DNA of 43,596 nucleotides from Candidatus Kaiserbacteria bacterium (GTDB lineage Bacteria > Patescibacteriota > Minisyncoccia > Phycocordibacterales > Phycocordibacteraceae), in contig JAPLWH010000026.1 in NCBI GenBank assembly GCA_026396715.1, positions 1 through 43,596 on the forward strand. Reading direction: 5' to 3'. The translations under genes and the position numbers were made by a program. Numbering within the stretch: the first letter of the stretch is position 1; every line of letters begins with the position of its first letter. Below, piece after piece: positions 35,416 through 42,588 of the stretch. Under the pieces are notes generated by a model. The model was not told where the DNA came from. It saw only the letters and a list, made by a program, of their open reading frames with translations, and did no database searches.

Positions 35416-36132
35416 ATGCCGCGCGACTCCAGAACTCCGCACCATCTGACGGACCCCGTACATATCGTTTTCGGCGAAATGGCCGGCTTATGGATATTCG
35501 CCAACATCGGCTACTTCTTCATATTTCCCGCGCTCGGCCTCGGGTTCAGCTACAATACGGCGCCGGTAGCAATCGCCGTCTATTTTTTCGTATGGGCGGG
35601 AGTCACACTTTTTTATTTTTGGGACCTGTTCGCGTTGTGGCTTTCGGGCGCTACTAAGATCTGGCTCTATGTCGCACTGAGTCTTGGGTGCGGGGCGCTC
35701 ATCTGGGGCCTGCTCTACGCTTTTTCATTCCTGCCGGTGCTGAACGGGCTCTCTCTCGCGCCTTCGACGGACATACTCTTCGCGAGTCCGTGGTATTTCC
35801 TTCCGAAATCCGCCGAAGTGCTCATGCAGCAGCTGCTCATCACAGTCCTCGTGCTCGAGCTTTCTTTCCGCCTGCATTCTTTCAAAAAAGTAATTATCGG
35901 CTTCGCGATCTGTTTCGGCGGTGCGCACGTGCTGCTCTTTTTAGCCGAAGATGCGATAACTGCCTACGCCGTGATCCTGACTGCAGGCTCGCTCCTCTCG
36001 GCGCTCGTCTTTCCCTATCTCATCACTCGGGTGCGGGGAGGCTTCGTGTATTCCTATACGATCCATCTGCTTTTCTACATTTTCCTAGCGATGCTCCTGC
36101 ACGCGTGGCCGCCGCTAAATTACATCGCGTAA
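35416..36132 (+). CDS. Polytopic membrane protein
   Basis: Six to eight hydrophobic segments; start chosen just after TATGAT (35404-35409). Confidence 0.7.
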   Translation: MPRDSRTPHHLTDPVHIVFGEMAGLWIFANIGYFFIFPALGLGFSYNTAPVAIAVYFFVWAGVTLFYFWDLFALWLSGATKIWLYVALSLGCGALIWGLLYAFSFLPVLNGLSLAPSTDILFASPWYFLPKSAEVLMQQLLITVLVLELSFRLHSFKKVIIGFAICFGGAHVLLFLAEDAITAYAVILTAGSLLSALVFPYLITRVRGGFVYSYTIHLLFYIFLAMLLHAWPPLNYIA

Positions 36133-36213
36133 GTGTCGTGTCAGAAGTTGTGAAATAAAAGAACTGGCTGTGTCCCAAGTGTTCGGGGCACAGCCAGTTT
36201 TAGCACTCCGCTT

Positions 36214-36429
36214 CTAGACGTCACTATCGGGACTACTCATGCCTAGTATGGTGCAGCCGTATGTCGCGCCGTTGCCGTTACAGGCGGCAGCGACGAGAAT
36301 AGCGTCCAACACCTCGTCGGTCTCTTTGCAATGGTAGGATCCGCTTGGTCCTCGTGTGTATGTGCGGCCGTTGCGCCGGATCTCTTTAGGTTTAAGACGG
36401 ACCGACGTTTGGGGGAGTGACTGCTTCAT
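36214..36429 (-). CDS. Small hypothetical protein (71 aa)
   Basis: GGAGGT SD before ATG 36429; near-consensus promoter TTGACA-16-TATAAT (36516-36489). Confidence 0.6.
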   Translation of the reverse strand: MKQSLPQTSVRLKPKEIRRNGRTYTRGPSGSYHCKETDEVLDAILVAAACNGNGATYGCTILGMSSPDSDV

Positions 36430-36609
36430 TGGCACCTCCGTTTGTGAGATATTTTCTATCGCCTTCGTAGGCACGCTGGTCTGAAGAGATTATACGCATA
36501 AACATACGCATGTCAATTTACCAAATTTACCCATACGGGGGTTTACGAAACCCCCGCATGGGTAAGTATGTCCATACGATACGCGCACGAACGGTCTAGG
36601 CGCGTTGCT

Positions 36610-36975
36610 TTATTGACCGAACCACGCCGTGCGCCATCCGTTCATCATCTGTATTTCCTGTGTCTGCGCCGTGATGATGTCGTTGCCGAGCTTCTGAAGT
36701 TCCGGCCGCTTCGTGCTCTGAAGAAGCGTCTGCGCCATCTCTATCGCCCCTTCATGATGAACGATCATCTCATTGAGAAATGCTTTATCGAGCGCATCTC
36801 CCGTCTTTCCCGCGAGACTCGACGTCATTCCGTCCATAGCTTCATGCATGCTGGGTACTGTCGGTGGCACTTGGGTCCCAGGGCGTCCGGTACCTACGAA
36901 ATAGCCGATAACAAGACCGAGTGCGAGCGTCACGAGAGCGATGCTGAAAATGTTATTTTTTGTTTTTGTTTCCAT
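36610..36975 (-). CDS. DUF305/CopM-like metal-binding protein
   Basis: DKAFLNEMIVHHEGAIEMA...IITAQTQEIQMM..W; N-terminal TM. Confidence 0.85.
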   Translation of the reverse strand: METKTKNNIFSIALVTLALGLVIGYFVGTGRPGTQVPPTVPSMHEAMDGMTSSLAGKTGDALDKAFLNEMIVHHEGAIEMAQTLLQSTKRPELQKLGNDIITAQTQEIQMMNGWRTAWFGQ

Positions 36976-37045
36976 GTTTTTAGTTACTAGTTCATGCCAA
37001 TGGTACTATACCTCTAGTAGTTTTTAAAAAGTAATATTCATTAGA

Positions 37046-37861
37046 ATGAATACATCAACAGCATTTACCGGTTCAATTCCTGAGAATTACGACAAGTATC
37101 TCGGCCCGCTCCTTTTTAATTTTCCGTCAAAGGATTTTGCGGATAGAGTGCGTAAAATAGTTGGTGACAAGGGCGAAGTGCTTGAAGTGGCTGCTGGCAC
37201 GGGCATTTCAACTGAATTTTTGCGAAACGCTTTACCGAAGGAAGTTTCTATTCTCGCAACGGATATTAGTGAAGACATGCTCAAGTTTGCGCGGTCTAAG
37301 CGAGGAGACCTTCCAAACGTTTCCTATGCAGTCGCGGACGCGCTGGCATTGCCGTTTGAAGATAACCGGTTCGATGTCGTGGCGTGTCAATTCGGCGTTA
37401 TGTTTTTCCCTGACAAAAAGAAGGGGCTCGAAGAGATGCTGCGAGTATGCATGCCAGGAGGAACGGTGCTGTTCAATGTGTGGGACACTCTTGAGCATAA
37501 TCCAATCATTAAGCTGGCAGGGAATGTAGCTGCAGGATTTTTTGAATCAGATCCGCCAAAATTTTTGCAAATTCCGTTTGGTTATAACAACATCGCAGAG
37601 ATTACGGAACTTATGCAAAGTATCGGTCTTATCGAGGTTAGTTCTGAAGTAGTATCTGCTGTCATAGACGGCAATACTTCAGAAAGCATCGCCCGCGGTG
37701 TCATCACGGGAAATCCTATGATCGTTGAGATTCAGGCACGCGGCACGGCGTCTCCTGAGATTGTCGTAGAAAAAGTTAAAGAGGCGATAGAACATGAGTA
37801 CGGATCCGAGCCAAAGGTTCCTCTTCAAAAAATAGTTTTCTGGGGTACGAAGCCTGAATAA
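37046..37861 (+). CDS. Class I SAM-dependent methyltransferase (UbiE-like), AT-richer
   Basis: VLEVAAGTG, TDISEDML, ADALALPFED..FDVVACQFGVMFFPD. Confidence 0.88.
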   Translation: MNTSTAFTGSIPENYDKYLGPLLFNFPSKDFADRVRKIVGDKGEVLEVAAGTGISTEFLRNALPKEVSILATDISEDMLKFARSKRGDLPNVSYAVADALALPFEDNRFDVVACQFGVMFFPDKKKGLEEMLRVCMPGGTVLFNVWDTLEHNPIIKLAGNVAAGFFESDPPKFLQIPFGYNNIAEITELMQSIGLIEVSSEVVSAVIDGNTSESIARGVITGNPMIVEIQARGTASPEIVVEKVKEAIEHEYGSEPKVPLQKIVFWGTKPE

Positions 37862-37887
37862 TCTTCGGTGCTCATCTCGGGTATTCG

Positions 37888-37924
37888 AAAATGAAACCCG
37901 CCCGAGAGGGCGGGTTTCATTTTT
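37888..37924. terminator. Bidirectional terminator between methyltransferase and tRNA
   Basis: AAAATGAAACCCGCCC-GAGA-GGGCGGGTTTCATTTT. Confidence 0.85.
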
Positions 37925-37929
37925 GTGTG

Positions 37930-38001
37930 CTCCGCGGGTAGGATTCGAACCTACGACCAACTCGTTAACAGCGAGCCGCTCTACCACTGAGCTACCGCGG
38001 A
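37930..38001 (-). tRNA. tRNA-Asn (GTT), CCA not encoded
   Basis: Acceptor stem TCCGCGG/CCGCGGA, D-loop AGCTCAGTGGTAGAGC, anticodon loop CTGTTAA, and T-loop GGTTCGAATCC. Confidence 0.96.
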
Positions 38002-38081
38002 ATGTAAATAGCCAATTAAATTGGCCGCGGTCATTGTACACTAATTCTCAAAGCCCCACCAACCTAACTTAGGGTGTTATA

Positions 38082-38432
38082 ATGGTAACAATGATGAAGG
38101 TCTGTACGAAACATGGTCAGACAAAACATTTTCCGCGGCCCGATAGTGCTTTCCGGTGTGGAAAGTGTGCCTCGGAATGGGTTATGGACCATAGGCGCCG
38201 CAAGAAAGAAAAGCTCGTTGAAATGTTTGGAGGGAAATGTGCCGTATGCGGATACAAAAAATATGTGGGCGCGTTAGATTTCCACCATACGGACCCAAAA
38301 ACAAAGGCTTTCGCTTTGAGTGTAAAGGGGCTGTCGTATGCGTGGGACTCTCTTTTGCAAGAAGCAAAGAAATGCGTTTTAGTCTGCAAGAACTGTCATA
38401 CCGAGATTGAGTCCGGTATTACAACGCTCTAG
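38082..38432 (+). CDS. HNH-endonuclease-like Zn-finger protein next to tRNA
   Basis: CxxH/CxxC, GGKCAVCGY...ALDFHH.DP...KCVLVCKNCHTEI. Confidence 0.8.
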   Translation: MVTMMKVCTKHGQTKHFPRPDSAFRCGKCASEWVMDHRRRKKEKLVEMFGGKCAVCGYKKYVGALDFHHTDPKTKAFALSVKGLSYAWDSLLQEAKKCVLVCKNCHTEIESGITTL

Positions 38433-38450
38433 AGGTGCTACGCTACTAGT

Positions 38451-38687
38451 GTGTATATAAAAGTATTTGTTACGCCCGGCGCGCGGAAGGAAAAGGTCGA
38501 GAAGAAAGGGGAAATATTCCTGATCGCGGTCAAGGAACCTGCTCTTGGGAACCACGCGAATGACCGCGTGCGGGAGATCATTGCTGAGCGGCTTGAAGTT
38601 GCCGTGGGGAAGGTGTGCATCCTGACCGGGCACCGCTCGCGTGGTAAAATGCTCAGTGTTACTATCAAGCGAGCGAGCGAAGAATGA
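38451..38687 (+). CDS. DUF167/YggU family protein
   Basis: IKVFVTPGARKE...VKEPA.GNHAN...I..GHRSR.K. Confidence 0.85.
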   Translation: MYIKVFVTPGARKEKVEKKGEIFLIAVKEPALGNHANDRVREIIAERLEVAVGKVCILTGHRSRGKMLSVTIKRASEE

Positions 38688-38754
38688 GATTCCTATCTTA
38701 TTCTTCCGAGCGAGCGCAGAGAGAAAGCTTTGCTTAACAGCTGACCGGACCATC

Positions 38755-39117
38755 ATGAATATCACCATTAAAGCGACGAAGTACCGCCTCACGCCTGAGA
38801 CTGAGGTGATTATTGAGGAGAAGCTTTCGGCGCCGCTGCGCCTGCTTGGGAAGGAAGGTGATCGCGCATTGCTCGAGATTGAGATTGAAAATGCACCGCC
38901 TGAAGGCCGTTCGTCAGAGCCGTGCCGCCTGGTCGCACGGCTCAGCATTAATGACAATGTCTTTCATGCGGAAGCGGTAAAGCCGAATCCGGAGAGCGCC
39001 GCAGACAAGGTCCGCAGTGAGCTCGAGGCCGAGATACGTCACTCGCGCGGCCGCACGCGACGCCTCATGAAGCGCGGCGGAGCCGCGCTCAAGCGGATGT
39101 TGCGTTTCGGGAATTAA
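38755..39117 (+). CDS. hpf: Ribosome hibernation factor HPF/RaiA (S30EA)
   Basis: MNITIKAT.Y.LTPE....IEEKL...; 'A.DKVRSELE.EI' pattern. Confidence 0.8.
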   Translation: MNITIKATKYRLTPETEVIIEEKLSAPLRLLGKEGDRALLEIEIENAPPEGRSSEPCRLVARLSINDNVFHAEAVKPNPESAADKVRSELEAEIRHSRGRTRRLMKRGGAALKRMLRFGN

Positions 39118-39122
39118 GGAGA

Positions 39123-39171
39123 GGAAGAAAGGAAAAGCGCGCCGCTTTGCGGCGCGCTTTTCCTTTCTTCC
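39123..39171. terminator. Bidirectional terminator between hpf and def-fmt
   Basis: Perfect 23-bp stem with TTT loop. Confidence 0.88.
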
Positions 39172-39174
39172 TGA

Positions 39175-40539
39175 TCATTTCGAAAAATCCGCGTATGCCA
39201 TCTCGCGCTTGCCCTCGGGGATGACGCGCTCGATGGTGAATTGACCGTTTGCGAGTGACGCTTTGACTATCTTCATGCGTTTTCCTCCGCCAGCTGGCGG
39301 ATCGAAAAAATACGTACCGATGGTGTCGGCGTACGCGCGATACTTGTACCAATTCTCTTCGGCAGGCGCATCGAGCGAGAGCAGGCCGTCTTCTTTTTTG
39401 AGTTTCCCAGCGCGTGTTGCGTGCGCGTGTTCTTGTGGGACGGGAATGATGTCGCCCGAGAGGTAGGCAGGAAGTGTTTCGACAAGCAGTGCTGCGCCGA
39501 TCTCTATGAGTCGCGGGCGCAGTTCGCGCGCAGTTTCGCCGGGTGCGATCTCTGTTGCTTCTTGTGCGAGGACGTCGCCCGCATCAAGCTCTTTGACCAT
39601 TTTCTGCAGGCTCACGCCGGTCATCGTGTCGCCTGAAAGCAGTGCCGTCTCAAGTGGTGTCGCGCCGCGGTATTTTGGCAGCAGGGAATAATGCACGTTG
39701 ATGACGCCTTTCGGAAAGGCGCGTATTAGTGTTTCGGGAAATATTTTTCCATACGCGACGACGACTGCGTATTCGCATTCGTAGGCGGTGATCGCCTCGA
39801 TTGCCGCCGCATCGAGTTTTTCGGGAGTCATGACTGGAATGTCATGCGCAAGTGCGAGCGCTTTCGTCTCAGAAGGCGTGAGTACGAGGCCGCGACCCCG
39901 CGGCGCGTCGGGAGACGTCACGACAACAGCGGGCACGAAGCCGCTCTCTATGAGTGCGGCAAGCGTTTCGCTTGCGACGCCCGGCGTACCGAAATACGCG
40001 AAGCGATGCTCTGACCGGTGGGAGACGCGCGTGAGGTGCTCGGCATGATCGATGAAGAGAATGCCGTTCAAGTGATCCATCTCATGTTCGAATATCTGCG
40101 CCATGAGGCCGCCGGCACCGCGCTCAAAGGGCGTGCCGGTAACGTGTCGTGCTTTGATCGTGACGCGCTCGTGACGGCTCGTCGTGCCGTAGATGCCGCG
40201 CACCGAGAGGCAGCCCTCGTCCACGAATGCGCGCTTGCGGGAAGTTTTCAGGATTTCGGGATTGAGGTAGACATCGACTTCCGGCGGAGGCGGCGGAGGA
40301 AGTGTCTCGCCCGCTACTTTTCTCTGAAGGGGGAGTGTGCGGTCCTTCCGTACGATGAAGATGCGATAGGACATGCCAATTTGCGGCGCAGCGAGCGCGA
40401 CGCCTTCGGGCTGCTCTTCAAGCGCTTCGGACATGTCTTTGATGATCTGCGCGAGCTTGGGCGTGTCGAAAAGCCCGTCGGGTACGGGCTGAGCGATTTC
40501 GCGCAGTACTGGCGCGCCGTCTTGCACGATCTCTTTCAT
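39175..40539 (-). CDS. def-fmt: Peptide deformylase / methionyl-tRNA formyltransferase fusion (454 aa)
   Basis: N-half has GVALAAPQIG, EGCLSV and HEMDHLNG (PDF). C-half has FGTP, VVTSPDAPRGRG and NVHYSLLPKYRGATP (Fmt). No stop between the halves. Confidence 0.92.
   Translation of the reverse strand: MKEIVQDGAPVLREIAQPVPDGLFDTPKLAQIIKDMSEALEEQPEGVALAAPQIGMSYRIFIVRKDRTLPLQRKVAGETLPPPPPPEVDVYLNPEILKTSRKRAFVDEGCLSVRGIYGTTSRHERVTIKARHVTGTPFERGAGGLMAQIFEHEMDHLNGILFIDHAEHLTRVSHRSEHRFAYFGTPGVASETLAALIESGFVPAVVVTSPDAPRGRGLVLTPSETKALALAHDIPVMTPEKLDAAAIEAITAYECEYAVVVAYGKIFPETLIRAFPKGVINVHYSLLPKYRGATPLETALLSGDTMTGVSLQKMVKELDAGDVLAQEATEIAPGETARELRPRLIEIGAALLVETLPAYLSGDIIPVPQEHAHATRAGKLKKEDGLLSLDAPAEENWYKYRAYADTIGTYFFDPPAGGGKRMKIVKASLANGQFTIERVIPEGKREMAYADFSK
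39286..39301. repeat. 16-bp perfect palindrome inside the fmt domain
   Basis: TCCGCCAGCTGGCGGA, encoding D-PPAGG-G. Confidence 0.65.
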
Positions 40540-40652
40540 CCCGTTAGAAATAGGACGCGGACGCGCAGGCAAAGCCGCCGCCGAACCCTATTTGATTAGA
40601 GTTGATAATTGAACCCGTCTCTCGGTTGAGGCGTCCGCGATTTCTAACGGGA
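40539..40652. mobile_element. MITE-like element copy 1 (114 bp) at the def-fmt start codon
   Basis: 13-bp perfect TIRs TCCCGTTAGAAAT/ATTTCTAACGGGA, inner 9-bp IR, and TTCA direct repeats at 40535-40538 and 40653-40656. Confidence 0.75.
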
Positions 40653-40690
40653 TTCATGTGGCGAACTATACCAAAAAATTAGCGCGGTGT

Positions 40691-40828
40691 GTGCTTGGTC
40701 GGGTCCAGTTCCCACCCCGTGAGATAGCCGCAGACGGCATCTCACGGGGCGAGACTCATTGCAAAAGTATCCGCACAGTTATTGGAAATTTTATCTGGCT
40801 TCGTGCTTGGTCGGGTCCAGTTCCCACC
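40691..40828. repeat. 26-bp direct repeat (40691-40716 and 40803-40828) with an intervening hairpin (40715-40749)
   Basis: GTGCTTGGTCGGGTCCAGTTCCCACC occurs twice; the hairpin is CCCCGTGAGAT...ATCTCACGGGG. Confidence 0.85.
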
Positions 40829-41084
40829 AGAATTTTTTGCCGAAGTTTTTTGCCTGGCTGCAGATGCTCTTCAGATAGTAGAGGTCCTGCGTCGGTATTT
40901 TTTCGAGGACGCTGCCGAGGTGCGCCATAGTCATGGGCGCGAGCCCGTCTTTGGTGCGCGAGTGATTCAGGTGGCGCAGGAAGAAGCGCATCATCTCGCC
41001 ACGCTCGGTCTGGCGCTTCCTTCCTTTGGGTGCCGCCGCCGCTTTTCGTTCGAACTCGGGAAGCATCTCGCCGATTGATTTCAT
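40791..41084 (-). CDS. Hypothetical protein (97 aa)
   Basis: MKSIGEMLPEF...DLYYLKSICSQAKNFGKKFWWEL; co-oriented between murA and def-fmt. Confidence 0.75.
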   Translation of the reverse strand: MKSIGEMLPEFERKAAAAPKGRKRQTERGEMMRFFLRHLNHSRTKDGLAPMTMAHLGSVLEKIPTQDLYYLKSICSQAKNFGKKFWWELDPTKHEAR

Positions 41085-41203
41085 CCCGTTAGAAATAGGA
41101 CGCGGACGCGCAGGCAATGATGCGTCCGAACCCTATCCGATTATGGCTGGTAAGCGAACTCGTCTCACGATTTTCACAGAAGCGTCCGCGATTTCTAACG
41201 GGA
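41084..41203. mobile_element. MITE-like element copy 2 (120 bp) at the start codon of the 97-aa gene
   Basis: Same TIRs and TTCA flanks (41080-41083, 41204-41207). 39 nt at the left and 27 nt at the right (counting flanks) are identical to copy 1. Confidence 0.75.
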
Positions 41204-41212
41204 TTCATAGCA

Positions 41213-42523
41213 TTAACCAGTGTGCGCTTCGATCGAGGCGCCGAGTTGTTGCAGGCGATGCACGATGTCTTCGTAGCCGCGGTTGATGCTGTAGACATTG
41301 CGCAGCATCGAGCGGCCCTTCGCGCCGAGCATTGCGACGAGAATGATAGTCGCGGGTCGCAGTGCTGGCGGACAGATGAGTTGAGCCGCTTTGAGTCTTG
41401 TCGGGCCTTCGATCGAGATGCGGTGTGGGTCGTGCAAGCTGGTATGCGCGCCGAGACGATCGAGGTCGGTGTAGTAGATCGCGCGCTTTTCGTAGACCCA
41501 ATCGTGAATGAGGGTCGTGCCTTTCGCTTGCGTCGCGATGACGGCGAAGAACGGGAGATTGTCGATATTGAGGCCGGGGTACGGACGCGCATGGATCTTT
41601 TCTGGAAATGCGACGAGAGTTGAGGGCTTGATCGAGATGTCAGCGAGCTTCGTGATGCCGTTTTCTGACATGCGGGATTTTGAGAGCTTGAACTGCAAGC
41701 CCATTTTCTCAAGGATGAGCAGCTCAACTTCGAGGAATTCGATCGGCGCAGCAAGGATGGTAAGTGGGGAATGAGTTACCGCTGCAGTCGCGATGAAGAA
41801 CATCGCGTCGGTCGGGTCCTCTGCGACGCTGTAGGAAATATCTTTCTTGATGCTAGCGACACCCGTGACCGTGAGTGTCGTCGAGCCGATGCCTTCGACC
41901 GAGACGCCGAGCGCGCGCAAGAAGCCGCAAACTTCCTGCACTTGGTAATTCGCCGAGGCGTACTTAATGACGCTCGTGCCGCGTATGCGCGCGGCGGCAT
42001 AAAGCGCATTGATGGTCGCGGTGTCGCTCGATTCGTACAAAATGACTTCTGCTGGCACGAGCGTCTCGTGTGTGATGCGGTAGCTGTCGGAATGCGCTTC
42101 GATGTTGACGCCGAATTTCTCGAGCGCCATGAGGTGCGGGCGCGCGGAGCGGAGTCCGAGCGTGCAGCCGCCGGACTGCGGCAGCTCGAAGCTCTTGAAG
42201 AGGTGGAGCAGGGGGCCGATGAACATCAGGATGCTGCGGGTCCGCGCCGCTGCGGCGCGGTCGATCGTTTTGAGCGAAATCTTTTCGGGCGGAGTTATGA
42301 CGACGCTTGCGCCCTGCCACTCGACCGAGACCTTGAGCGAGCGCAGCACTTCGATGAGGCGATTGACCTCTTCGATCTTCGGCATGTGCTCGAGCGTCGT
42401 CGTCCCGCGGTTGAGGAGCGAGGCGGCGAGGAGTGCGACCGCGCCGTTTTTCGAGCGGCTCGTTTCGACTTTCCCGGAAAGCTTTTTACCGCCCTCGATG
42501 ATGAAATTCATTTCGCCTTGCAT
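41213..42523 (-). CDS. murA: UDP-N-acetylglucosamine 1-carboxyvinyltransferase
   Basis: SKNGAVALLAASLL, GGCTLG.R (catalytic-Cys loop), YPGLNIDN.P, and RGYEDI. Confidence 0.88.
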   Translation of the reverse strand: MQGEMNFIIEGGKKLSGKVETSRSKNGAVALLAASLLNRGTTTLEHMPKIEEVNRLIEVLRSLKVSVEWQGASVVITPPEKISLKTIDRAAAARTRSILMFIGPLLHLFKSFELPQSGGCTLGLRSARPHLMALEKFGVNIEAHSDSYRITHETLVPAEVILYESSDTATINALYAAARIRGTSVIKYASANYQVQEVCGFLRALGVSVEGIGSTTLTVTGVASIKKDISYSVAEDPTDAMFFIATAAVTHSPLTILAAPIEFLEVELLILEKMGLQFKLSKSRMSENGITKLADISIKPSTLVAFPEKIHARPYPGLNIDNLPFFAVIATQAKGTTLIHDWVYEKRAIYYTDLDRLGAHTSLHDPHRISIEGPTRLKAAQLICPPALRPATIILVAMLGAKGRSMLRNVYSINRGYEDIVHRLQQLGASIEAHTG

Positions 42524-42588
42524 GCGGAGTATCCTACCATTTCGTTCGGTTTTTGCCCTGGGTACAAGGACGCGCTATCATGCGGGCA

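Noticed and set aside
33800-37930. tRNA-Asn-integrated genomic island or prophage
   Set aside because: AT-richer ORFans lie off the tRNA 3' end, but I found no duplicated tRNA 3' segment, integrase or phage structural genes in the window.
40691-40828. 26-bp repeat as a CRISPR array or VR/TR
   Set aside because: Only two copies, one inside a CDS, an 86-nt gap, no cas genes, and flanking differences are not adenine-specific.
40540-41117. ORF-track starts 'MPARPRPISNGMK' at 40572 and 41117
   Set aside because: These TTG starts lie inside the repeated element and add identical non-homologous residues to unrelated proteins; the ATG AAA codons at 40539 and 41084 are the better starts.
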